Of a DNA stretch of 64,000 nucleotides, positions 38,236 to 50,430 are shown piece after piece. The translations under genes were made by a program, and so were the position numbers. Position 1 is the stretch's first letter. Every line of letters starts with the position of its first letter. This stretch comes from Lama guanicoe (lineage: Eukaryota): assembly GCA_013239625.1 (NCBI GenBank), contig MU056277.1, positions 1,404,076 to 1,468,075 of the forward strand, given 5' to 3'. The notes under the pieces are model-generated. The model had not been told where the DNA came from. It made no database searches and was given only the letters and a program-made list of their open reading frames with translations.

Positions 38236-39167
38236 TGGTTATTGGGACATATTTGAGGGGATACATCCTTTCATCCAAAGGACGACCTGACCAGTGAGGG
38301 TTGTAACAGAGCCACCTGCCTCTAGCTGACAGAGACAGAGCAGAATTTCCTCACAGCGAAGGCGTGACTCGTTGGCAGAGCGCTCGAGAGAGGGCTGTGA
38401 GTTTTCGTGTATAAATAAGCAGCAGGCTTTTCCATCTGGGTAGGTTTTTGTGTGGACCAGCGAGTTGCTCACCCTGCTTTTAAACCTGTCTTCTCACAGT
38501 AAGTAGTGAAAGCCATGGAAGACCAGCTGGGAACCACCTTTAACAGACACCTGCGTTTCTACCTGCTGGTCCCGGAGCCCGGGGGGGCGGGCCTGGTCTC
38601 CCTCTCCTGGTTCACTGGCAAGTCGGGCATGACTGGCAAGAAAGAGCTGTCAGGTGACACAGAATCACGGTTCACTGGACGCCTCGGGTCTTTTCCCTCC
38701 GCTCGGATCCCTGTGAAACAGTGTGCTGTTTCAGGCCCAAGGGAAGGGCCATGTTCGAGGGAGGGGGGGTGAATTTGCAGACAGGCTTCCCACCAGGACT
38801 TGGATCTGGTATTGGTCCCCCAACCCTCATAATTTCTGACAGTGAAGATAACCGTGAGTCCTGAGAACGCTTGTATCTAACTTTGAAAGGGCTTCTGTGT
38901 CCCACCTCACGTTGGACTTAATGCAGCGGCAGTTGGTCACTTTGTTGGTGAGGGGGCGGGGCTCTGGCAGCCGAGAGGGGCCTGAGGTCCTGCGATGGCA
39001 GCAGGCAGGGTGACCGCTGCGGTCGCGCCTGAATCGGGCTGAGAGAGGTCGGTCTCCGAGTGCTAGGCGTATACGCCTTACCCGGGCCTGACCCAGGGGC
39101 ACACTTTCATAACGGGGCAAAACGTGGGTTTGGGGGGGATGTTGGACGTGCGGTGTCTGTCAGCTGT

Positions 39168-39860
39168 CCTTCATTCCTTCAGTCAGTGAGGTTGGTAAGA
39201 CCCTTCCTCTATTTTAGACCCTGCCTTGTGGCTTCAGATGCCGCAGTGACCACAGAACACAGCCACCTATGGTTAACCGAGGAGACAGGAAACTGACTAA
39301 GAAAAACATGTGTGTGGTGAGGAGAGACGTGCGGGGTATGAGGAGCGCACAGCTCCGCTCCAGGGAGGATGCGGGGAGCAGGGTCCGGCGGCAGGGATGG
39401 TGTGGCGCCCAGGCAGGGAGCAGCGGGTGTGAGCCTCCTCCTGACCGCCCTGGGGTCCCAGCGGAAAACTGCTTTGGGGTGAAAGGGGGGGTAGCAGGTG
39501 ACGCATAATCAGATTTGCATTCTTGTACGTTTAGGGGCTGAGTGGGTCCCTGGGGCCCAGGCCAGGGGTTCAGTGGGCCAGACGTGAGTGGACCGTGGTG
39601 TCCCAACGAGGGAGCCATCAGGGAGAGAGACAGGTGGGAGGTGGGAGGTGGGGCTGAGGGCCCGGGGGCGGGAGGGCAGAGTCAAGGGTGAGGACTGCTC
39701 GCCTGGCTCCCGGGTGGGTGAGAGGCAGCAGCCTCTCCACAGGCAGAGAGGACGAAGCAAGGACAGGCGGGGGCTCAGGGGGAGGCGAGTCTGTCCTGAG
39801 ATGCGGGTACAACAGCCTGGGGGTGTGTCTGGCGGGGGACTTGCAGGCAGGGGAGGGAGG
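39168..39860 (-). mobile_element. LINE-2 fragment incl. 3' end
   Basis: ttcattccttcagtcag (antisense L2 tail); gtgacgcataatcagatttgcattc; gagtcaagggtga. Confidence 0.6.
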
Positions 39861-41304
39861 GCGACCTGGGGCCGTGGCGAGCAGGCACCGTCTGCAGGCT
39901 GCTGAGAGACCAGCCAGACCTCAGGGCTTGCGTCCCACCTGCGTGCGTCTGACGGGCCTACCCGGGCAGGCCCCTCTTGGGACTTCCTTCCCTCTTGTGG
40001 GGTTGCCCTCTCTTCCAGACTCCTGGAGCTCTTCCAGCCAAAAAGCAGGTAGAATGGCTGTGTGTGCAAGCTCCTGGGGATCTCGTGGGCCCATGGTCCC
40101 ACCTCCCAGCCCCGCTGTCTGTCTGGAGGGGGACGGGTTCAGTTAGTCTGCCACACGTGGGAATGGTCTGAACCCAAGAGGATTCTGGTTGTGAGGGAGG
40201 TCACGGGGGTGGGGAGGGGTCCATGGGAGGCTTCAGGATGGAGGGCCTGGCAGCATGGCTCTGAGGTCAAGGTTGCACCCACCAGGCTTCACCATGAGAA
40301 GCTTCCCGTGGTTTCTGACCTGGACAGTAGGCGAGGCTGCCCTTCTACGTGCTTTGTCTGTTCACCGAGCAGGGCGGGTAGGGGTGCTCCTGTGCAGTCA
40401 CAGCTCTCGAGCTCTCAGCTAGCATGATTACAAGGGTCGGAAGCTGGAATTCCACCTGTGCTATGTCAGCTTAGAAGGAGGCAGGACTGGAAGTAACCAG
40501 GAGCGATGATTTGCACTTTGGTGAGTGAAGTGGGGTAAATTGAGAGTTCCGAACAGGAAAAATGGCCATGTCTATTCCTGTAGACCTCGAGTGTTACCCA
40601 GGGCAGAAGTCCCAGCAAATGGGACAAAAATAAAATGGGCTGTTCGTTAACGTCTATTTCAACACCTATGAGAGACGGTTAAAAATTGGCTTTATTATGT
40701 TGGCAGCATGCTATAAATTGGTGCTGTTAATATTGTCCATTTCGAGCAAAGACCTGGGCTTACCATACATGAGCGTTTCTGATAAGGATGGGTGAGAAGG
40801 AGGGCACCTGAAGGGCTGGCCCAAGGCCCAGCTTCCTCGGCACAAGGCTCTGGGCAGGCGGGACACGTTCAGTGACGTCGACCAGCTCCCGGGGTGTTCC
40901 TGTGTGTTGCTGTCATGGCCCACGGCACGTGTGTCCTGGCTCCTGGTCTGTTTCTCCCTGTCGCCCCGCCGTGCGGCATCCTCAGGGCTCAGCTCAGACA
41001 CTGCCCCAGCAGGTACGCAGTGAGGGCGTGTTTGAGCTAGCTCAGTGCCCTGCACGGTGAGGTAGGACAGATGACACCCCTGTTTTTGCCCAAAGATGTC
41101 AGGAATGAGAGGAGACTTGTCCTGGTGGGAGGAGCGGGAGCTGTGACATGAGCTGGGGTGTCCCTGACTGGGAGGCAAGGGGCCATCCAGCTGCTCAGAA
41201 GCATGAAGCACAGTGGCGTTTTCAGACCCGCTTGTTCTGCCACGTTGTTGTCATTCAGTTACCGTGTCTCAGTTTCAGGAACCTAGAAAGTAGCCATTTT
41301 CTAA

Positions 41305-41758
41305 TGGTCCCGTGTAGCCGGGGCCGCTGTAACCCGATGCCAGCTGGGCGCCGTGAACCATAGAGCCTCCTCTTCCCACCGTCTTGCGGTCCCGTCTCTG
41401 GCTGGGAGCCCACGTCCGAGGTGCCGGCGGGGCTGTGCTCCCTCGGGTGGCCCCGGAGAGCACCCCTCCTCGTGTCTGCCGGCTCCTGGGGGCCCAGGTG
41501 CTGCTTGTCTCATAGACCGTTTGCCCGTCTCTGCCTCCATCCTCGCAAGGCCATCTGCTCTCCGTGGTCTCCTCTGTATCCACACTCCCCTCTTTTATTA
41601 GGACACGGGTCACGCAGGATTTGGGGACCATTCTGCTCCAGGGTGACCTCATCTTTGCTAATTGTATCTGCAGCAACCCCGTTTCTAATAGTGCCGTGTT
41701 TTGAGGTCCTAGGGTAGGGCTTCACCTGTCTCTTGGGGACACAGTTGAACACATTAGA
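41305..41758 (-). mobile_element. MLT1 (MaLR) solo LTR, MLT1B/C-like
   Basis: ggggccgctgtaac; tctctgcctccatcctcgcaaggcc; cttttattaggacac; tgacctcatctttgctaattgtatctgcagcaacccc; ggggacacagttgaac. Confidence 0.85.
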
Positions 41759-44700
41759 GCATCCACGACGGAAAAGCATGGACTCAGAGAGTGATACTCG
41801 GAACATGTAATAATCACAAGGTACAGGTTCTGACTGATGAGAACAGACGCTTGGCCGAGAGACTGGACACGAGCCAAGAGGGGTGGACCATGGGCTCCTG
41901 ACCTGGGGCCCTCCGGTCAGGTTGCGCAGCGTCGCCAGTCCCTGGCCAGACTGAACGTGCCTGAGGGTGACCCCGGCCGGCTCCTCTCAGCTCTGCCGGA
42001 GGCTGGACACTGTGTGGGCGTGCTGTCCTGTGACACAGGCAGCCTGCGTCAGTCACACGTGCCCTGTGTTGGCCTGCCCAGAGAGTGCGAGCCCCGGGAC
42101 GGGGACGGGGACAGGAGGGCCCTACCGCCCCGTCACAGTAGGCAAGGCCGGGCTGTGGCCTGAGGACGCCTGTCGTCCCAGTGCTGACTCTGTGGGCGTC
42201 GGGCTGGGACCAGCCGTCCTCCTCAGGGATGGAGTCTTCGGGGCGGCAGCCACGCCCACGTGCTGTCCCTGCATCCTGGCCCCGGAGGGGCGGGTCACGC
42301 ACCACAAGCGCAGCATCCTACCTTGAGGAGGCAGAGCACCTGATAAACGTGAACGCAGGCTCCCGAAGCTCGGGGGCTCCTAGCTGTAGCATCGCGGCCA
42401 GTGTCGTAGGTTCTTCACGATTGTTCAGATCTCCCCCCGAGGTGCCCCAGGCGGGGGGAGGTGAAAGCGGCAGACCGTTCCCAGCTCCGTCTGTGCTGAG
42501 TGCTGACCCCCGTGTCCGGGGAGGCCGGCTTCCGGACTCTGCGCCCGCCGGCTTTCTCCTCGTCGCCTGAGGTGGGCCGTTGGGCTGAGAGCCTGTCTTT
42601 CTCCTTGTAAAGATTTCTTTTCCCTCTACGTCTTTAACTTAAAAACAAAAATCAAAGCGTTGCAGGATTCCCACTGGGATTCGTGGTGCAGGAGGAAATT
42701 ATTCCCTTTAGAACCCAGCGAATTTCCCACGTATCTAGAATTGCTCTTGTAATAAAAAATGAATGTTCTGTAAGTGACGGCGCCGGGGGACTATCACCAG
42801 TCCTGACGCGTCTCGTGGATTTGGGCTCAGAAGTCAGGCTTCTGACTCCTTGATTTTTCATCTTCCTGAGTCGCCACGATGTCATCTCACAGTGTCTAAT
42901 ATCTGATGGGTGTTCTTAAAAATAACACTTTATTTGTGCCTTAAATCCTCTTCACTTAGATTCCTGGCGGGTTCGGGGTCCTTGCGCTGTGTTGCTTGCA
43001 GGGCTCTGCCCTCCCTCAGGGACAGACGAGGGTGGGGACACTCCCCGCGAGATGCTCGAGCAGGACGGTGCCCCTCGCTCTGCTGCGGACAACCTGGAAT
43101 CTGTCGACTGCAGGGTGACAGTTGAAAAACAATACTGGAAAAAATATCCCCGCACGAGGAGAGTGAGGCATGCTCGGTGTGAAGAGAAGGATTAACCATC
43201 AAAGGAGGGCCGCTGACAGGCAGTTAGGGAGGAGGGGACACCGGGCTCCCGGTGCCGGCGCTTGGGGCTGCTGTGCTTCAGGACTGCTGGGGCGATCCCC
43301 TGGAGGCGGACCCTGTCAGTTAACGCACCCAGCCCACCCGGAGGCGGCCGGAAGGTCAAACTCTCTCAGCTGTGTACAGAATAAAATCCAGGTCCCCCCA
43401 CCCCCCGGTTGTGGCTCTTTCTCTTTTACACACATGCGTGCACCCTCACACACACCCAGAAGACAACAGTGTGTTTGTGTGTCTTTGCAAAGTTCACAGT
43501 GTTCGGGTGGGAAAACCGTTCCCACACGCATTGAGTCTTTGTTCCTTCAGCTCCCTTTTGTACTGGGGGCAGGTGAGGATTCCAGGGGAGAAGGGCTCGG
43601 AGGCTGCTGGCTCCAGGAGCGGTCCCAGCCTCTTGGGAATGAGGCTCTCTTCATGTTAATTAAAGAAAACAAAGTCTGGTCTCCGTTTTTTAATGGGATA
43701 AAGCAGTTTCTTCCGATTGCTTGAACTCTCCACCAGATTTAATGGGGAGCACCGCTTACAGACGAGCCTCGTCTCCTGCTCGCGGCCGCGCAGCGTCCAG
43801 AATTCCACAGGCAGACCCTCCAGGCCCGCGGGGACTTCCGCGTCTCCTCTCCAGCGCCGCGGGGGCTGGAGCAGACTTGGGCCCGCATCACCGTGTGCAG
43901 TGCTAACTAGGTGACATATGGGTGGGGGACATTCCTGCCTGTCCACTGCAGCCGGGAGGGGGTGTTTCCATAGAGATAAGAAGCGAACGTGCGCGGTGCC
44001 ACCTAATTGGTATGCGTCCGCAGTTCAGGCTCATTGTGCTTGTGCTAATGACAGGGCTGTCTCAGTAATAAGGATGGTGCACTGGAGAAATTTGCTGCCT
44101 TGGTATATTTTTCCCTGGCAGCAAACTACTTAGAGACTGTAGTCAGTAAGAAGAGTGAGTGGCAGGCTGAAGAGGCTGCCTCGCAGCATATGGGGGAGGC
44201 TGGTGCTCGGTGCCACACGCATATGCTGCTATTAAACTCCAGCTTTGCGCTTTGTGTGTTCCTGGGCCCGTGCCAGGGAGCCCACCTGCTGCAAGAATAC
44301 TTGTAAAGCCCAACTCGAAAGTGATTGAAAAGCTGCTAGAATACACTGTAATAACACAGGGCTCCACAGATGGGGCGTAATTGCAAGCTAAAGTGTACAG
44401 CCTCTGCCGTGATGAAAACACGAGCCATTAAATTAAAATCATAAGGGAAAAAACGATGAAAGTCTGTTGATTTTTTTTTGGTTTTATTGCAAAAACTTCA
44501 ATTTCCCTGCCCTCATTAATCAAATACCATAAAACTATAGTGTGACTTTGTTCTGGTGGAGGTTCAGGCAATTAGAACGATGAATGTTGATGGAAATGAT
44601 GTAACTTTTGTTATTTCCTTGCTCGGGCAACTTAAAGCCTCCGTCACTGGAGCCGCCCGATTCTGACACGCAGCCGTCAATTTACCGATTGGAAGAGACA

Positions 44701-46429
44701 TCGGGATTTGCCCTGAGAGCTTGCGGGTGGTTTATCTCGGCGTGTCCAAGGCCAGGGCAGCGTGAAGGCGGAGCTTCGGGCTTTTCGCTCGATCCTGGTA
44801 CGCGTGCAGAGTGAATCCTTTCTCCCGAGCCAGCCCTCTCTGTTTTCTGAAATTTTAATTGTTTCCCTTTTTATTTTCTTCGTGATTTTTTCTTTGGACA
44901 ATTAAGAGAGACACGCCAAACTGTAAACCTGGGCGCTGCCTGCGTGCTGTGGCCGCGGCTGGGGGTGGGGGAGCCGCGGGATGGAGTCGCCAGGCTGACA
45001 TGTAATTAGCGGGTCGAGCGGCGCTGTGTGGGAGGGAGGGCGGCCTGGGCTGAAGGGGCCGGGCCGGCGGGGAGGCCTCTCTGGGGCTGCCTGTGCCGGG
45101 GCCCAGCCCATTGTCCCGCTCCCTTCTGTGGGTGGCCCAGCAAGGAGAAAGGAACATCTGTGTCATCACCCAAGTAAACAGCCTCCAAAGGCTTTCCTTT
45201 TTCATTGGTAATTATGCATTTCTTTGGCATTCCTCATGGCAAAGTGAATGAATTCCCATCTATTAAAAAAAAACCCAGCAACAACAGGATAAATATGTTT
45301 TCAGTTTATAGGTGGAGACAGGTGCGCAGTCTGGTGGCATCTTCCTTACGCTGCTTCCCTGGCCCCGGGGCCCCTTCACTAGAGGTGCTGCTGTGTCCAT
45401 CACCCGGGCCGGCGCAGCAACGTGCGCTCACGGCCATTCAGGGGCGGGTGTGGAAAGTCATCAACAGAAGCCAGTGGCATCGTGGGGTCCCTGCTGAGGA
45501 CCAGCCGGTGGGCACAGGGGGAGGAACGGGTGGGCAGAACGTGACTGTTTTGCTGCTGGTTGCAGGTTGTTTCTGGGGGTGAGGGCGTTGCAGACGGGGG
45601 CCCGGGTGCAGGTCTGTTTCGGGGTGCACGGCACAGCTGCTGGATGGCACGGCTGGACGTCAGCCTCCATCTGCCCCATGACAGGCCCCTCCCTGAGGGA
45701 CACGTCACCTGGAGCGAGTGCCCTGAGCTCGCGGGATGGAAGCCTTGTGCTGCCCTCCTGTTGCTCTTCACACCTGCTTGCCACTCCTGCCCGGCCAGAC
45801 CCTTGCAGAGCCTCCCTGCCGTGCTCGTACCCTGGCGGGGGAGCCAGAGCACTCAGGTGCCTCCCACGCTGCCCTCGGCTTCGGCCACATTTCCCTGAGG
45901 GCAGCCTGTTCAAGAGCGAGGTGCCTCAGATGCTGCCGTGCCTGCTGTCCCTCTGGGTCTGGTGTCCCAGGGGGCGGGCCCGTCCACTGCGAGAGGAGGA
46001 GGAGAGGCCCGGAGATGGCACAGTTCGGGGGGGCGCGGGGAAGGGCTCTTGTCTGATGTGACTCAGGCAGCGACGTCTGCTCCCTGGGCTGCATTTCAGG
46101 GGAACAAAGCTGCCGCGAGCCCCGCAGCCATGATCAGAGGCGGGGTGGGAGGAGAGCGGCACATCCTTCCACCTCCCTCATGGGGCCGGCTGGTGCCTCT
46201 GCCCTCTGCCCTCTGCCCCGACCCAGCTCCGGCCACATCCGGCCCTCCGAGTGCTGAAAGGGCTGTACGCTGTGTTAAGTCTGAAGGGAGATCGGTGTTC
46301 ATACTGACGAGTTCTCCTCCTTCAGCTGAACAGCTGATTCATGGAGAAAGCATGGAAGTGTCTGCTCAGCTTAGAGGTCTACGGCCGGACCGCCTGCACT
46401 CCCGTGTGAAGCCCGAGAGAACCATCTGA

Positions 46430-46710
46430 AGGCTAGCGCGGCGTAATAGTGATTTACTGGCGGTCGTTTTCAGGGAGAGATGAGCATCCCAGGGCGAACG
46501 AGCAGCGTCACCACCTGGAGCCGTCGGCGACCGCGCCGGTGTTCTCCCCGCGCAGCCTGGCCCGCTGCACCGGCTGAGGGAGCCCCAGCCTGAGGCTCTG
46601 GCCAAGGGCCGGGCCGCAGGGCAGCTCCGCAGGACTGAGGAGGCCGCTGCGAGGGCAGCGTGGCCCGAGCGGCTGCCAGAGGGGCTGGCTGCTGCGCTGC
46701 ACCGCCCTGC
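46430..46710. promoter_or_regulatory. Short CpG-dense segment (CpG-island-like)
   Basis: About 25-30 CpG counted by eye in ~270 bp, very GC-rich; no TSS evidence. Confidence 0.35.
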
Positions 46711-46775
46711 TTGGGTGTGTTTAGAACTGCTTCTTAAGAATCCCTTTTATGAGTGGTCTTATTAAAAAAGAAGTA

Positions 46776-47099
46776 CAGTTGAGTCTTAAACAATGTGGAT
46801 TTGAACCAGTAAATATATTGGACAGTTTGGGGGAGATTTATGATCATTTGAAAAAGCTCACAGATTAACTGTGTGGCCTAGAAATATCGAAAGAAAGATC
46901 TGGGTATGTCTTGAATGTACAAAATTTTGTATCTACGTGGAACATACAAAATATGTGTTAATTGGCTGATCGTGTTATCGGTAAGGCCTCTGGTTAACGG
47001 GAGGCGTTTAGTGTTCAGCTTGGGCGAAAGTTCCAGGAGGGTTTCTGACCGCGTGGGGCGTCGGTGCCCCCGGCGCCTGAGCTGCCCGTGGCTCCGCTG
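46776..47099. mobile_element. Non-autonomous Tigger2 derivative (Tigger2a_Art-like)
   Basis: ta|cagttgag left end; taaatatattgga...gcctagaaatatcgaaa; aacatacaaaatatgtgttaat...gttatcggtaaggc; degenerate right TIR ending ...gctg|tg. Confidence 0.85.
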
Positions 47100-48964
47100 T
47101 GTTTGTGGCCGGGGCTTGGAAGGGACCGGCGCCAGCCTGCGTGACCGCCTCTGCCCTGTGGGGTGCGGGTGGCACATCTGCTCCTGGCACCTAGTAAGAA
47201 CAAAGACGCGGTCACCTTGGTGAACTTTCTGTGTTTTGGTGACAAACAGCTGGTTTCAGGGTTGGCTCTTCCGTTTTCTATAATGTCTCTAATTCCTAAG
47301 CCCAGACCCGTGAGGTGCCATGTGGGGGGCAGGCCGCTGAAACGGAAGCACTCTGGTGGTGCCCCCCCCCCCGGGCGCCGTCTTTGGGGACAGGTTTGGT
47401 CGGCTTTCACGTTGGACCAGTTGTTTCCTCTCCACCTGGATGTCACATGTTAGAAGGGCACCTTCTCTTGTAGTGGAATATTTCCGGGAAGGACTGGAGG
47501 GAACGAAACAGACAAAAAATGCTGCTTTAAGAAAGGAGTGAACGGCCACAGGTCTTTGTGAGGAGCCACAGAAAGCCATGGGCTTGGGTTTTGCTGGGCC
47601 GTCTTCCTCGTTTCTGCCAGCTCGCCGTCTCACAGCAGCAGAGGACCTGGCACGGAGGGTGCTGTGGCATCTTAGAAGGCCGGAGCTGGTGGGTGTGGCC
47701 AGCGCTCAGGTCTGCTGCCAACCGGCACCTGACGTGTCCAGTCATCACAGGGTCACTCCCTGCCTCTCGGGCGCAGAGCTGCAGGAAATGATGGACAGAA
47801 CACAGTTACCCCGCCGCGGACTTGCTGGGCCACACTCCTCTAGCGGGGCTATGCTTTAGACGCCAAGGACCTGCCTGTGCTCGGCTGCAAAAGTCAGCAT
47901 CTGCCGCCCTGCGGCGCGTCCTCTGTCCGCATCCTGCTCTGTGCGTAGCCCTCCTGACCCAGCTTCACCCGCCGATGCTGGAAACGTCCAACTCTCGGGT
48001 GAGAAAACTTTCTTTGCTCCTGTTGGTCCTCAGCATCGCCTGGCTGTGGGGCTGACTTTCCTGTCTGTGTTCAGTCACTGGAAGGTTCTGCATGAATCCA
48101 CGTTGTATGAGGTGAGTTCGGAGACGGTTTGTAAGACCCTGATTGTACCCCTTGGAGGTGGCTTTGTGGAAAACTCAGCTGAGAGCCCTGTTGGGGTCCC
48201 CGAGGTGTTTCCCCTCGGTCAGTGCCCGAGGCCGCCCTCCGATGGCTGGGAGCTTGTTTACGGACGCGGCCTCCTGCCTGGGAGATTGCCTCTGGATCTC
48301 AGCCCCAGGCAGGGTGTCTGCCTGAGACATGCTGGGCTACTGTGAGTCCAGCTAAATCACTGAATCTCAGCCCCGCCCCGTGTGACCTACCTGGTGGCAG
48401 CGGTCAGTCGAGGTGGCGCAATGCCTGGGGGCCCCACCATCAGGCCAGCGCCCGTAACCACCAGTGAGGGGAGGGCCGCCTTCACTGAGCCCTCAGGCTG
48501 CAGAGCACTGGCCCCGGCCCCGCCCCAGGTTCTAGCTGTTTACTCACAAAGTGCAGGGAGGGTGACGCTTCCAGGCCCAGGGCCCCCTGCTGCCAGCCTG
48601 GCGGTGAGTGGAGCAGAGGGAGCGGAGGGCTCCACGTCTCGGAGGAGTTCACTCAAGAAGCCAGCACCTACCAGGGCTTCACCCTGTGATAGACCAGTCT
48701 GTGACCCCAGCAGGTGTAGCGCCTGGCTCCCCCCAAGAGGTGCGCCGGCGTGCACGCCCACCCAGGCTTCTGGGATGTTACAGCAGAGCAGAGCAGCATG
48801 CGTGGAACTGCTCATGAAGTGAAGGAAAGGTCGTCTGTGCAGCCCACCAGCCCAACACTGCTCTCTAGGGCGGGGGGCTGCACACAGGAGTGGGGAGCTC
48901 TGGGTGGGGTGGCTCTTCAAGGGTTCCTTGAATTCAGGCCTGGGAAGGGCCAGGCAGCGCAGGG

Positions 48965-49342
48965 GTGTAGCCCAAGGCAGCTGGAACCGCAGACCACAAA
49001 CCAGCACAAGAGTATGTCTCACTGTTCTGGAGGCCAGAAGCCTGAGGGCAGGGTGCCAGCTGGGCTGTGGTCCCCTGGAAGCCTGTAGGGGAGGGTCATT
49101 CCTGCCTCTTCCAGCTTCTGGTGCGCTCTGGCTCGCAGGAGCCTCCACTGCCACGCAGCTGTCCTCTCTGTGTGTCGGTGTCTCTGCTCCTCTTGTAAGG
49201 ATACCAATCATGTTGGAAAAAGCCACCGACCCTGTAACCTCACCTTAACTAACTGCATCTACAAAGGCCTCATTTGCAAACAAGGTCCTCTTCTGAGGCT
49301 CCTGGTGCCGTAAGCTTGGGCGGCACCACTCCTCCTGGTACA
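48965..49342 (-). mobile_element. MLT1 (MaLR) solo LTR, MLT1C-like
   Basis: tctcactgttctggaggccagaag; cctgcctcttccagcttctggtg; cttgtaaggatacca; acctcaccttaactaactgcatctacaaag; aacaaggtc..ttctgagg. Confidence 0.87.
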
Positions 49343-50079
49343 GAGGGGCGGCCTCCTCCGGCTGAGAAGGTGCCTGAGGGGTTCTCAGCTGTGAGCTGTC
49401 AGCACCCCCTGAGCTGGGGAATGAGGCTGTGGTCCTGAGGTCCTGGAGGGGAGACCAGCCCCCAGGCCCCCTCGCTCCCCCTCGCGTGTGCTCACCGGGA
49501 GCACTCAGCTGGGCTCGGCGGAAGGCGTGCAGTCAGGACGGAGTTCTTGCACTTGGGGGCAGTTATGTTGAGTTTCAGCTTCACACTTTGGTCCTGGAAG
49601 GGGGATCTGGACCCTTGTCTGCTGGCCTGCTGTCCTTACCTCCTCCACTGGCCGTTCCCTCGGCACCCACTGAACTGGCCCCCATGCCCTCCTTTCTCCT
49701 CAGGTTGGGAGGAACGGGGCACGAAAGGGTCTCAGCTCTGGGCGAGCGAGGGTAACCCATCCGGGGACTGAACTGGAGCAGGAGAGCGGGGGATGGGGCT
49801 GTGGTCCTGAGGTCACCCTTTGCCTCGGAGGGCTGGCTTCTGAAAGGCTCGTCCCCCGCATGTGTCACCTGGGACCACAGGTGAGGACTCCATGCATCAA
49901 CTCAGCGTGACCCTTGAAGGTTTGTACACTGAGGTGTTGGGAGGCAATGTAGTCGAGCACCTGGGGTGAAGCTCTCGTAAAATGAGGGAGCGGTGCAGTA
50001 GAGGTGAGGCCCGGCCAGGCTGCTGTCATTCTGCTGAACGCGGGTCTGGGTCTGGGACCCCGCGGTGCGTCCAGCACGC

Positions 50080-50430
50080 CCTGGGTGGTCCTCAGCCGCT
50101 CACAAGACTAGAGGGTGCGTGACCTTCCTGGAACCTTGCTAGGAAACAGAGTCACTGCAGGTGCACTTCGTTAAGATGAGAGGAAGTTGCACGGGAGGAG
50201 AGTGGACCCTTAATCCAGTAGGACCGAGGTCCTTACAGGATGAGGAGAGGAGATGCCATGTGGTGACGAGGCAGGGACCTGGAGCCAGGGAAGGAGCACC
50301 ATGGACTTGTGGGGCAATGGGACCTGGGAGGGGGAGCAGCTCCCGGCCTCTGATCTTGGCCTTCAGCCTGCACGGCTGGGGAGGGCGTTCCTGTTGCTCT
50401 AAAGCGCTGCAGGCCGCCGAACAGAGGGCT
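50080..50430 (+). mobile_element. MLT1 (MaLR) solo LTR, diverged
   Basis: ggaaacagagtcactgcaggtg; gttaagatgag; cccttaatccagta..gtccttaca; gatgccatgtggtgacgaggcag; tgatcttggccttcagcc. Confidence 0.75.

Noticed and set aside
48540-49226. 228-aa ORF on the minus strand
   Set aside because: Begins inside an MLT1 LTR; no protein-like features.
48965-50430. Two nearby MLT1 LTRs as a provirus
   Set aside because: Opposite orientations and no MaLR internal sequence between them.
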